The translations under genes and the position numbers were made by a program. This document shows positions 1 through 12,141 of a stretch of DNA of 64,000 nt, piece by piece (the stretch's first letter is position 1; every line of letters starts with the position of its first letter). The notes beneath the pieces are model-generated. The model saw only the letters and a program-made list of their open reading frames with translations. It ran no database searches and was not told the origin of the DNA. The stretch is from contig NC_042998.1 of NCBI RefSeq assembly GCF_006345805.1, forward strand, positions 114,824,001 through 114,888,000. The letters are read 5' to 3'. Source of the DNA: Octopus sinensis. Lineage: Eukaryota.

Positions 1-111
1 CATCTGTTGTCAAACAGGGAAGAGGAAATAAACACACGAAGAAAGATAAACACACAAAAATACACGCTTACACGCGGACATATGCATACGCGCTTGCAAG
101 AATACGCACAC

Positions 112-181
<70 letters not shown>

Positions 182-284
182 ATATATATATATATACACA
201 TACATACATATATACATACACAGATACACAATGCACATATAATATACACACAAACACATATATCAATGGGTGTGTGTGTGTGTG

Positions 285-410
285 TTCTTTTATTCATTTA
301 CTTGTTTCAGTCATTTGACTGCAGCCATGCTGGAGCACCGCCTTGAAGGAATTTAGTCAACGAAATTATCCCCAGGACTTAATTTTTAAGCCTAGTATTC
401 ATTCTGTCGG
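285..410 (-). mobile_element. 3' tail of the dominant tRNA-derived SINE family
   Basis: cttgtttcagtcatttgactgcagccatgctggagcaccgcc...cccaggactt...aagcctagta matches the copies at 18111-18502, 62335-62455 and 62780-63378. Confidence 0.8.
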
Positions 411-679
411 CCTCATTCACAAGGATGACGTTCCATTAAAACCTATAGTGAGCTGTAGAGGTTCAACATGTCATCCACTGAGTCGATTCTTTGTGGATAT
501 AATCAGTCCATTAGCGGGAAAGTCAACATTGTACGTGAAGAATTCCACCCACTTCACAGAATTGATCAAGGACATCTGTATACCGCAAGCCGGCCTTCAC
601 TGGACGATACCTCAACTTCAACTCCCAACATCCATACAGTGTAAAGAGAGAGATTGCTCAGTGCCTAAAACATTGAGCA

Positions 680-1297
680 ATGAATATAAGTAGCGATCGT
701 GATACCCACCACAAAGAAATGATCAAGCTCAGTAACAATCTATTAAGCAATAACTACCCCGAAATCATACTCTCCACTCCAATTAGGATGAAAAGAGAGG
801 ATGAAATCGATAAACTGTTTACAGTCTGTCTACCCTATGTGAAAGGCCTCTCCGAAAAGATACAAAAGATATTCGGCCTATATGACATGAGGACAGTATT
901 CAAACGTAATGCAACACTTCGCAGATATCTCCTTCGAGTAAAACCACCAATAGAAGAAAATATGACCAAAGACTGCGTGTACTCCATCCCATGCTGCTGT
1001 GGTAGGTTATACAAAGGCGAAACATTCCGACCCTTCAAAATAAGGGTAGAGGAACATCGTAAAGCTGTGACACGAGGAGATATTGATATAGCTGATCATG
1101 CATGGAAAAACGGAGACCACCTCCCTCGGTGGGATGAAGTTAAGATAATAGACAGAGAACACCACTGGAAAATACGAAAACTAAAAGAAGTAGCACATAT
1201 ACTAGGACACAACAACCTCTTAAGCAGACCGAGTGCAGTTATGAACAGCATATGGGAACCGGTATTAAGGAAGGATAGGAGAATATTAGATTTATAA
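680..1297 (+). CDS. PLE linker plus GIY-YIG endonuclease ORF (205 aa, probably a pseudogene remnant)
   Basis: CVYSIPCCCGRLYKGETFRPFKIRVEEH...IADHAWKNGDH...KIRKLKEVAHI has the PLE GIY-YIG layout; YIG is altered to YKG. Confidence 0.75.
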   Translation: MNISSDRDTHHKEMIKLSNNLLSNNYPEIILSTPIRMKREDEIDKLFTVCLPYVKGLSEKIQKIFGLYDMRTVFKRNATLRRYLLRVKPPIEENMTKDCVYSIPCCCGRLYKGETFRPFKIRVEEHRKAVTRGDIDIADHAWKNGDHLPRWDEVKIIDREHHWKIRKLKEVAHILGHNNLLSRPSAVMNSIWEPVLRKDRRILDL

Positions 1298-1326
1298 GCC
1301 CTAAAATTCACTCCATAATTGTCCAC

Positions 1327-1399
1327 GGGCATATGGCGTAGTGTTTAAGAGCGCGGGCTACTAACCCCAAGATTCCGAGTTCGATTCCAGGCAGTGACC
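1327..1399 (+). promoter_or_regulatory. tRNA-derived (tRNA-Thr-like) segment with Pol III A and B boxes
   Basis: A box TGGCGTAGTG (1334-1343), B box GTTCGATTC (1379-1387), arm GGG-CTACTAA-CCC. Acceptor and T stems are imperfect, so it is not a functional tRNA. Confidence 0.75.
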
Positions 1400-1460
1400 T
1401 AAATAATAATAATAATAATAATAATAATATCGAAAAATACCAGGTTCGAAATGTCCTCAA

Positions 1461-1506
1461 GACACCCGATGAAGGCTGGAGGGTATATCAGCCGAAACGT
1501 TGTGTT
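1461..1506 (+). ncRNA. Minimal type I hammerhead ribozyme (PLE type, core variant)
   Basis: Stem I GACAC(1461-65)/GTGTT(1502-06); core CCGATGA(1466-72; canonical CTGATGA) plus an extra A; stem II GGCTGG/TCAGCC; GAAA(1494-97); palindromic stem III AACGTT; predicted cleavage after GUU at 1501. Confidence 0.7.
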
Positions 1507-1560
1507 AACAACAAACAAGATGAAGACAAATATTCGTCAAATGTAAATAATGTAAATAAA

Positions 1561-2623
1561 GTACAAGGTGAGTATGCATGAAAGTTCTAGGCAAGGAAAT
1601 TCAGAGTTTATAATGAATAATAAGGATCTAGTTAAAAATTCAGAAAATTTTCATTTTTTAAAAGGAATTGAAAAATTTTTTGTATCTTTTCGGAGAGGCC
1701 TTTCACATAGGTAGATAGACTTTGGACAGTTTCTCGCTTTCATCCTCTCTTTACTTCCTAATTGAAGTGGAGAATATGCTTTGCGGGTTAGTTGTTGCTT
1801 AATAGATTGTTACTGAGCTTGATCATTTCTACCTATATTCATTGCTCGATGTTTTAGGCACTGAGCAATCCCTCTCTTTACACTGTATGGATGGTGGGAG
1901 CTGAAGTTGAGGTATCGTCCAGTGAAGGCCGGCTTGCGGTATACGGATGTCCTGAAACCGGTTATAATAATGTAGTGCTCCACTATTATTGCTATGAAAG
2001 TATGATGTTGTAGAAAAAAATTGGAGGAAAAGTTACAAAGTTTTAAATGCAATTAGGAATATCCACAAACCAGGTTTCGGTTTTTGGGTAATTAAACCCT
2101 GAACCTCGACAGTGTGGCCTACCGGGTAATAATCCATAACTTTGTAACTTTTCCTCCAATTTTCCTCCAATTTTTCTACAACATCATACTTTCATAGCAA
2201 TAATAGTGGAACACTATTATAACCGGTTTCAGGACATCTGTATACCGCAAGCCGGCCTTCACTGGACGATACCTCAACTTCAGCTCCCACCATCCATACA
2301 GTGTAAAGAGAGGGATTGCTCGGTGCCTAAAACATCGAGCAATGAATATAAGTAGAAATGATCAAGCTCAGTAACAATCTATTAAGCAACAACTACCCCT
2401 CAAAGCATATTCTCCACTCCAATTAGGAAGTAAAGAGAGGATGAAAGCGATAAACTGTCCAAAGTCTGTCTACCCTATGTGAAAGGCCTCTCCGAAAAGA
2501 TACAAAAATGTTTCACTTCCTTTTAAAAAATGAAAATTTTCTGAATTTTTAACTAGATCCTTATTATTCATTATAAACTCTGAATTTCCTTGCCTAGAAC
2601 TTTCATGCATACTCACCTTGTAC
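1561..2623. repeat. Long inverted repeat (fold-back): arms 1561-2042 and 2138-2623, ~95-bp spacer, containing PLE thumb/linker sequence
   Basis: The left arm begins gtacaaggtgagtatgcatg and the right arm ends catgcatactcaccttgtac. The minus ORF 1810-2052 reads FRTSVYRKPAFTGRYLNFSSHHPYSVKRGIAQCLKHRA. Arms are ~95% identical by eye. Confidence 0.95.
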
Positions 2624-2845
2624 ATTGACAGTGCAACTGGTTTTGTTTTGTGCCAAAAACAGAGCACATGGTGCATACAATTTTTAAGCAAAACATCCAA
2701 ACACTGAGATTTGAAATCAGATGTCACTACTGTTCATATCATGTGTGGATACATTTAAAATTTAATGATATCACCAGCAGTGACATAGGTGCATTAAATA
2801 GCTATGAATTATAAATTTGCACGAAGCGTAATATATATATAAATA

Positions 2846-3115
2846 TACGGGAGGCTCAAAGCGAAAACCAAGGTTTCAGTAGACACCGTCAACGACCTCC
2901 TGTTCACCAATGACTGCGCTCTCAATGCTGCCACTGAGTCCAACATGCAGCACAGTGTTGATTTGTTCTCTGGCGCCTGCAACACCTTAGGCCTTACTAT
3001 CAATACAAAAATGACTGAGGTAATGTATCAGCCAGCTCCAACCAAGCCCTACGTTGAACCCAACATCACCATCAACGGGCAGAGACTGAACGTGGTGAAC
3101 AAGTTCACCTGTCTA
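2846..3115 (+). mobile_element. RTE-clade LINE reverse transcriptase fragment
   Basis: RLKAKTKVSVDTVNDLLFTNDCALNA...DLFSGACNTLGLTINTKMTEVMYQPAP...VVNKFTCL; LFTND is a degenerate LFADD, followed by the GLxIN..KT motif. Confidence 0.85.
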
Positions 3116-3119
3116 TCTG

Positions 3120-3410
3120 GTCATATACAGAGAATTGCATGCGGTGCATGGAGTTCATCAGTATGTTGATTTTCATGTGGTGCAAGAAAGCTGGGTTCTT
3201 GTGAACAACATATTTAGAAGTTATGGGTTTCATGTAATATGAGTGGAGGAGCTGCACTCTGTTGTTCCCAGTCTCTAACGAAAGTTCCGTATCAAGGACA
3301 GGGATTCTATTGTTAGGGTGGCTAGTAGGGTAATATATAGTGGCTTTCATACTTCGGTGGATGGAGTTAGCTATGTGCTGGATGCTCTCCATTGTGCTCT
3401 TCACGGTCTC
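3120..3410 (-). mobile_element. PLE RT/thumb fragment from a second PLE lineage
   Basis: [13 protein letters not shown]...[16 protein letters not shown]...LLHSYYMKPITSKYVVHKN...KINILMN resembles PLE RT domain 6-7 and thumb. Confidence 0.65.
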
Positions 3411-3459
3411 TACACTACAGTTACTAGAGTTTGTCCTACTAGAATATTAATGTCATCTT

Positions 3460-3750
<291 letters not shown>

Positions 3751-4317
3751 CGAGACAGTGTTTATCTAACAAATTGATTCACAAGTGCTGTTTAGTTCGG
3801 GGCTATAGAAGGTAGACTTTTGCTCAAGAAGATGCGTTGTTGAAAAGAATCGAAATAACTATGGTTGCAAAGCGAACATTTTCATGACACAAAGATGAAC
3901 TTTATTAGATCTAGAAAAGAACGGACTCAACTTGGTTTGAAATATTACAGGTAGGCCGGATGATCTATAGTCGCTTCTTCGACACCATTAGCTGATGAAG
4001 TACGAAAAGACACTGCTGAAATCGTATAAGTGAAAGAGAGTAAATTACTTTTGAGTATTAAACATGTTATGTTCAAACTTGCAATGTATTCCTTTACATC
4101 CTTAAACTTTATCAGTGCTTTGTTATTGTTTGTGCTATAGTTAGCTTTCATATATTAATATATAAGAAATATTCTATAACAATTATGCGAAAACTTAAGC
4201 CTAATTCAATAATACACGTTGTTAAACGCTAACGATTTACCGTTATCTGCAATCTGAATCACAATTGTCCCATTGATTTTCTTGCTTCGTATACAAACGC
4301 TTATCTACATATCCCAT

Positions 4318-4387
<70 letters not shown>

Positions 4388-4520
4388 TATATATATACAT
4401 ATATGTATGCATGTTTGTATCTATGTATATATATATGTATATATATGTATATATATGTATACATACATATCTATGTGTATATATCTATATGTATACACAT
4501 ACATATGTTCATATATATGC

Positions 4521-4563
<43 letters not shown>

Positions 4564-5184
4564 ATATGCACATCTAGATGAATACATAAATATATATGTA
4601 CATAAAATATGAAATATACACAAATATATATACTTATATGTATGTATGTGAGTTTTTTGTGAGTATCTGTGTGTGTATGTGTGTGTGTGTGTGTGGTACG
4701 GGGTGTATATTTTTTGTAGCCAACCCGGCTTATACTTTTTATCGTTTCATTTACATTCATTCCATTCGTATCACAACTCGTATAATTGAGTGATATACTA
4801 AATAATCAATATATTTCACAAGAAATTTGTTGATAAAAATATATTATTACTCTAGACTTATGGGTTTTTTACGTAACATACCTGCTTTAATATGTTGACT
4901 GGCATACTTAAATGTTATAGCAAAGAAATACTTATCTTAATATGCATATATATATACATACATATATCTATGTATGTTTGTGTGTGCGTGTGTGTGTGAC
5001 AGTGTGTGTATCTGTGTATCTGCGAGTTTGTACGTATATATAATTTGATATATATAGGCACAAACAAAAAAAAACATATATAAACGCACATACAACTACA
5101 CCTATAGATGTAAACGTAAACGAAGATGCTTATATTTATATAATGTGTATACATGTATACACACACATACAGATACACACACAC

Positions 5185-5215
<31 letters not shown>

Positions 5216-6559
5216 ATATATGTGTATGTATATGTATATTCCCATTAATACATGTATATATAAATATATAGATATATATGGAAATATATATGAATATGCA
5301 AACGCGAACAAACACTCATATATCCATGCATAAATACATAGGTCCATCCATAAATATATAGGTACATAGGCAAAAACTTAAGAATATATACATGCATAAA
5401 CTTAAATAGATTGATAAGAATATGTATTAATCCTTGTATGTATCTATTTATTTATATAAATTACATATATATATATATGTATATAACATACGCACGTACA
5501 TACATACAAGTACACATATATGTATATATACATATATGTATATATAAATATATACGTACACACACACATATATAAACATATACACACAGACACACTCACA
5601 TATATATATACAGATGTGTGTGCATATGTATATATATATATATATACACACATAAACATTCATATAAGTTGTAATGATATATTTCTACAAACATCGTAAG
5701 TTTTTATTGAATTACTAGCAATGTAAACAGCAATATATATATTTAAATAGCAGCACATTTAGATCTCTCATAAGATAGACACATCTATTACATTATATAT
5801 AATCTTAATTCGTATGAGCATATGGAGATTTAATCAAGTTTTTATAGATTTCCAAATTGTTTCTTTTTGTACATAAAAGTAACACGAATATGTAATTGTT
5901 CTTATGATTTCAGAAACGCACGTTTCCGTGTACGCAAACGTATCCACTGTGGCACTCTCATAAACAGGTGTAGTCAGAATATGCACGCATAGATATATAA
6001 GTGTCTATGCATAGCTACTCACCTACATATACACGTACTGTTCCACACACATCCATACTCTTATATATGTATATGTGAATTGATAAGTCTAAGGTGCAGT
6101 GGTTGTTTAGGGAAAGATCCCAATATATATGTGGTGTGTCGTGAACACAATATACGTAAGAGTTAGACGAAACAAAATCCTCCTAAAAACCACCCACGTT
6201 AATGATAGATATATATTTCACCGTTATTCTGCCTTGTCAGTCCCACGCGCTCGGGTCACCTCTGACATGAATCGCCTCAGTCACTTTAAAGTATATAGAA
6301 ACAGTGAATTCCCAAGAAAAGCTTAAAGAGGACGCTAGGCAGAATAAAATTCAAATCATGCAGTTGGACAAATGTTTCTACTTTATTTTAACAAGAGACT
6401 GGGCTTGTACAGTGTAAGCATGTATATATGCACGATGGATATACATATAGAAGTGTATGTGCATAGAAATCCTCGAAGGTATCCTAACCAAGTAACAAAT
6501 ATCTTGCAGAATTGATGATTATGTCGTTATATGACATGACTTACAGTATGTAATGTAAC

Positions 6560-6945
6560 GTTGTAACCATTGACTCTCCTTTGTTGATGTACGGATGACA
6601 TTTGTCCTAAATTGATTTAAATCCCAAGAGATCTGCAGTGCCTAGAAGCTATGCGATATACTACACGGTTAAGTCTGTGTTACAAAGTGAAGTATCATTT
6701 CTAAGCAATTGTTACATTGTCTGCAAAAGGAACAATATTTGCAAAAGTTTGAACGGGCCCTCTTTGGTAAGATAAGAGATGCACTGGTCATCATCCTTAG
6801 CAAAGTCTTTTGTTATCCATACGAGCATAATAATTGAGACGATGAAGAATGTAGGAAAGAATATGCAGCCCTTTATCACAGTTTCATATTAAAATGGGTA
6901 GCTAGATGACCACGTTGAAGAAATTCCAGTTGTTTCATGATGTTT
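6560..6945 (-). mobile_element. Highly decayed RTE-type RT fragment
   Basis: The minus strand gives KGCIFFPTFFIV (QGCILSP-like), FADNV (FADD-like) and a GL.IN..KTNVI-like stretch in the correct order, with frameshifts. Confidence 0.4.
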
Positions 6946-7260
6946 TTTTTTAGAAATCCTTGTTCACAGTATATGATACTTTGGAAAAGCGTATACATGT
7001 CAGGTAAAGTTCTTTGTGACTATATATGTTACGGAGTTGTATGAAAAAAATATTCTTCATTATTTACAGTTTATGTTGTGCTACTTGTCGAACCGGCTTT
7101 GGATAGTTTTTTCTTCCTTGCTCACAACCTCTTCATCTGTTGAGAAACTCGAAGGTTTACGTCAGTCCTTCTCATGGTACATGAAACGAAGTGGATCACA
7201 GGTGGAGTAGGAGGATGGGAGAGGAGGCGGAGAAAAACAGGAAGGAAAAGAAGAGAAAGA

Positions 7261-7268
7261 TGATGATG

Positions 7269-7360
<92 letters not shown>

Positions 7361-7390
7361 AAGAGGAGGAGGGGAAGAGGAGGAAGAGGT
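7261..7390. repeat. Compound trinucleotide microsatellite (ATG)(ATA)n(AGA)n(GGA)n
   Basis: Seen directly in the sequence. Confidence 0.95.
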
Positions 7391-8834
7391 AGATTGTTTT
7401 CGTTAGTAAAATGGAATCTTATTAATCGGTCACGGAGGGATGAAAGGCAAAGTTACCTTCTGCGTCCAGAGCCTAAGTGTCCAGAATCAACACCACAAGT
7501 CTCTGATGGCTCAACCAATTTTCAACCTTAGTTAATTACAATATGTTTATTTTCTATAAGTTTCATAGAGACAACTGTAATTCTTATAATGTTATTGTCG
7601 TTTAGCATCAGCTTGTCTCTAACAGTACCTTCTAACTGTACCTTGTATCGAATACAGACTATATTTATTTCTTTTCCCCTAGATATTGCATAGAATGCGT
7701 TCTTTACTGGTTTGGGATTTATATTCATCGTATTTTTAGACAAGATTTCAGCCGCTAATTCTAGATTAAATCACTACGTAGCGATCCCTCTTCTGCTTGT
7801 TGGTCACATAGTTGTTTCAAGTAATTTGAACACATTTTACATTATATATAGAATAATGAAGCTTAATAGAATCGAGATGTTTGCCTATGCTTTGCATTGA
7901 TCAATAGATAATTACTTCTAAACGAAAATTCAAAAAATACGTAAACTATTTCATCTGATGAGACAGTAGAAAAAGGTGAATCTTGTCATGGTAATGGCAA
8001 AAAATAACCTGTAGATTTACCCAATTTCTGAAGATAGTGACTTGAGTTAAATGTTATAGTTCACAGAGGAAATGAAGAATATGCTATAAAGAGATATTAA
8101 TATATGATGTAAGGTGATATATACATTTTCAAAACCACAATGACAAAAGTAACGCCAACATCGAGGCGAACAATGGCTACTATCACAATAACTGTAATCA
8201 GCTAAAGTCTCTATATTCATGCACGACACATGACACAAAACCTTAAATTCTTTGGAAGACGCAAATCAATATTGAAATATTGAATTATTGGAATAAGTTG
8301 TAGTATTGAAGCATACACTGATATGTATTTAAAATTACTGAAAAAGCATGAATTTATCGATTTCAACTGTACCACACAAGAATAACTATTTGGGTGGAAG
8401 AAAAGGGTTGAGGATAATTATATTATGCAATAGAGACTTATTCTATCATCCGCAGTTATATAATTGGAATCAGTAGGGTCATAATATTGCAAGTACATTT
8501 GTCCAGCGACTTCTCATTCTTGTCTACAACAATATTCGATCGAAACAACCATTCTTTTACACAGCCTGACGATGTTTCCTACGAAAAAAAGTCCCTCCCC
8601 CCCCTCCTCCTCCCCATCCTCCCCCTAATCATCATCATCATACTTTCCATCATCCATGAACAATCATCATGTCCATCCATCCATTCATCCATCCATCCAA
8701 ATATCTATTTTTCTATGCTTGCATACATACATACATATAAAATACATACATGCATACATATATACATAGCACATAATTGCAGCATCAACAAAACAAAAAC
8801 AAGGAGAAACAGGTTTAACCTCAATCCAGACTGC

Positions 8835-9800
8835 CTTTGAACGTCGTATCATATACCTTCGGTTACATCTTTTAACCCTCAAGTGTCGAAGTGAATCCCT
8901 TGACCAAGTTTGCATAAATGAGGCTGATAATACCATGTGACTTGGAAAGCAGCTACTTGAGCAGCATTCCTTGTCTGATAACCTTAGATACATACCCAAA
9001 GAAGTCGCATGACTTTACCACAATGCATCATCATATGTAAGGATGTGCTTACATCAACAGAAGACTATGCATGGATGTGATAGTAGAAAGCTTCGAGATG
9101 AGAGTAACATTGATCATCAAAACAATCTATCATGGACCAACAAACGGATTACTACCTTTCAATTTGAAGGGTATGCGTTTGAAAACCAGGATCAGGAGAC
9201 ATCAGCCGAATACTTGATGCAAAAATGCACTGAGATGCAGGATAAGCAACAAAACTTGACAACCGATGCAGACTTGAAGATCTCGCCCACATCATGAGCA
9301 GTTGTCCGAAAATATCATCACGGTTTTATGTACCGATGAGACATGACGTTATAGCAAGGACACTGTATAACGAGATCCGTCGAAAGGATAAACCCGAGGA
9401 CAAAGAAATAAGAACCCAAAGCATGGTGGAAGCCATAGCCACCCACAATGAAAAGGAGTACTGGTGGAATATTCCATTGAAAACCTCAATAAAATGTCAA
9501 AATAATGGTTTGGGAGAGAGTAGAGAAACTGTATACAGTATACCCAACAAATGTTAACATGATGCTAAAGATCAGCGAAAAAGAAAATACCTAGGTCAGA
9601 CTATTGAGAAATCTACAGTCACTCTATCCAGATTATAAGGTCATGTTTATACCTGTAATTATTGGGACACTGGGATATGTAACACAGTCATTAAGTAGCA
9701 ATCTCGAGAACATATACATCTCAAAATCAGAAAGGAAAAGCTCATTGATCCAAGGCATCATTGGAACTATAAAAAATCCGTAAAACTTTCTAGAAATTTA
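8835..9800 (+). mobile_element. R4/Dong-type (RLE) non-LTR retrotransposon, 3' part of ORF, decayed
   Basis: FEGYAF..QDQE...YLMQK; SSCPKISSRFYVPMRHDVIARTLY (CCHC-knuckle end plus RHD motif); EYWWNIPLKTSIKC; VWERVEKLYTV; FIPVIIGTLGYVT; terminal GT.K..KTF-like sequence. Many stops and frameshifts. Confidence 0.8.
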
Positions 9801-10229
9801 TCGTTTAAGTATATATATGAGCATGTCCAGATATGACACTATACACATGAGAATACATACATGTATGCAAACATACATCCATGCACACATGCATAAATAC
9901 ATACATATATTCATGTATTTATGCATACATACATTCATACATACACACATACATAGATACATATATACATGCATGCATACATACATACATACATACATAC
10001 ATCCATACATACATAGATACATACATACATACATACATACATGATCCATGCATACTCTGCTAGCCATTCTAACTTTAAACAATTTCGTGAAATGAAATCA
10101 ATGAACCTATATATATATCCTCTGTTTATTTCTCTCCCTCTCTTGTTTTTCATCCTTTCTGTTTTTCACTCCCACACTTCCCTATTCTTCTCCTCTCCCC
10201 TTCACCGTTCACTATATCTTACTCTCTCA

Positions 10230-10640
10230 TCACTGACACCTGATCATAGAAACCACCTTTCTAACTGCTATCTTCACCAAGACCAAACCACTTATCCTGT
10301 CTCTCTCAGAAGCCGTCTCCTCAAGCGTTCAGAATAACTTTTTCCATCGTCTTGGCCTAACAGCCCTCATCGTTTGTTTTTACTGTGTTATTCTCTTTGT
10401 TCTGCCTGTTTTGTTTTTACTGTCCTGTTTTTGTTAGCACTTTACTTTCCACCCCCGCAAAAAATCCCAAATTTTATTTAATTTGCTTTGCGGGAAGGAC
10501 TGTTTCAACGAAGTCGCTTCTTCTCCTTACCTTCGAAATCGCGGAGTAGACGAAACATGGACAACTGAAGAAGGGGACTATTCCTTGTGTTGTATGTCTT
10601 GTACTCTGTTTTCTCGTTGTTTGAAAAAAAATTCGTTTCC
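10230..10640 (+). mobile_element. Possible PLE 3' remnant (EN C-terminus plus terminal repeat)
   Basis: cgtcttggcctaacagccctcatcgtttg resembles the RLGT..PHGLN C-terminal motif of PLE endonucleases after a frameshift. Weak evidence. Confidence 0.3.
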
Positions 10641-10734
10641 ATGTTTTTGTTTTTGTTTTCGTTTCTCATTGTGTTCAACCTTTTTTTGATGTATATGTAC
10701 TTATATGTTTGTATATATGCATATATTTCTATAT

Positions 10735-10782
10735 CATTCATATATATATATATATATACATACATATATATATATATATATT

Positions 10783-10833
<51 letters not shown>

Positions 10834-11100
10834 ATATATACATATATAATATACATACATATACATGTGAAGACATATATATATGTATATATATATATAT
10901 GTACATATATATATACATATATATATACATATATATATACATATATATATACATATATATATACATATATATACATATATATATATACAAATATATATAT
11001 ATATATATTATATATATATATGTATGTATATATATATATATATACATACATACATACACGCATACACACTCAAGACATATATACATATATACATGTAAAG
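10735..11100. repeat. (TA)n / (TATATACA)n microsatellite block
   Basis: Seen directly; source of several spurious Y/I-rich ORFs. Confidence 0.95.
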
Positions 11101-11991
11101 ATCCAGCGAGAGTGAGAGAGGGGGGAATGAGAGAGAGAGAACATAAATAAATAAATAAGGAAAGAAAGAAAGAAACAAACAAGCAAAGAAGAGCTTTCGC
11201 TACTTTACCCTCGAAATATTTAAATATATTCTATGAACAATACCGAACGATATACTCCTTAACGCCACCGTTTTGGCATTCTCACCACATTTACCCTCAC
11301 AATACCGTCCCTGCTATCATTGTATGTGTATTGTAATTGTCACTGCAACTGTCAATGCAGACGCCTATTTTGTCTCCTCAGATTAAACGATGTAATAGAA
11401 ATAACATATACAACACTAATACCTTAACCAAAGTAAAATAACTGAATATAATTCTCACTATTCATAACGGTATTTCCCCCCATCACACTTTCACCCTCCG
11501 TGTCTGTAACAGTATGCATGCATGTATGTATGTATGTATGTTGTATGTATGTATGTATGTATGTTTGTATGTATGTATTTATGTGTGTATGTATGTATGT
11601 ATGTATGTATTTATGTTTGTATGTATGTATGTATGTACGTATGCATGCATACATATAGCGTATAACTGCGTATGAATATGAAGGCATATACACACTATAC
11701 ACACATACACACACACACCAATATACATGCATACACGCGCGCATGCATGCACGCACGCGCACAGAAGCACACACCAACATACATGTATGCACATGCGTTC
11801 ATACATGTATCTGTACAGATTTATGTGTGTATATGTACATTCATGTAAGTATGTATCTGTTTGTAGACTGTTTCTGCATGCACACGGATATGCGAGATTA
11901 TATATAAAGATTTACAAATGTATAAGTATCATATATACACGTTTACATTCATATATACACTTACATACATACATACATATATATATATACG

Positions 11992-12037
<46 letters not shown>

Positions 12038-12105
12038 AATATATATGTATAAATATGCATATATATATATACATACATACATATATATTATACATACACA
12101 CACTT

Positions 12106-12141
<36 letters not shown>

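Larger units (their letters stand above)
408..1560 (+). mobile_element. Penelope-like retroelement (PLE), RT core internally deleted, with EN domain and 3' terminal region
   Basis: RT N-terminal motif IHKDDVPLKPIVSCRGSTCHPLSRFFVDIISPL...YVKNSTHF is joined at ~570 to thumb sequence (SVYRKP...RYLNF in another frame). Linker LPYVKGLSEKI and a GIY-YIG domain follow, then the tRNA-like and hammerhead segment. Confidence 0.9.

Noticed and set aside
1327-1399. Functional tRNA gene
   Set aside because: Acceptor and T stems do not pair properly and the anticodon would be ACT, which is atypical. Treated as tRNA-derived; the same applies to all SINE heads in the window.
10545-10590. Hammerhead-like CTGAAGA with a nearby GAAAC
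   Set aside because: GAAA lies only 9 nt upstream of the core, too short for stems III and I, and no GAAA follows the putative stem II.
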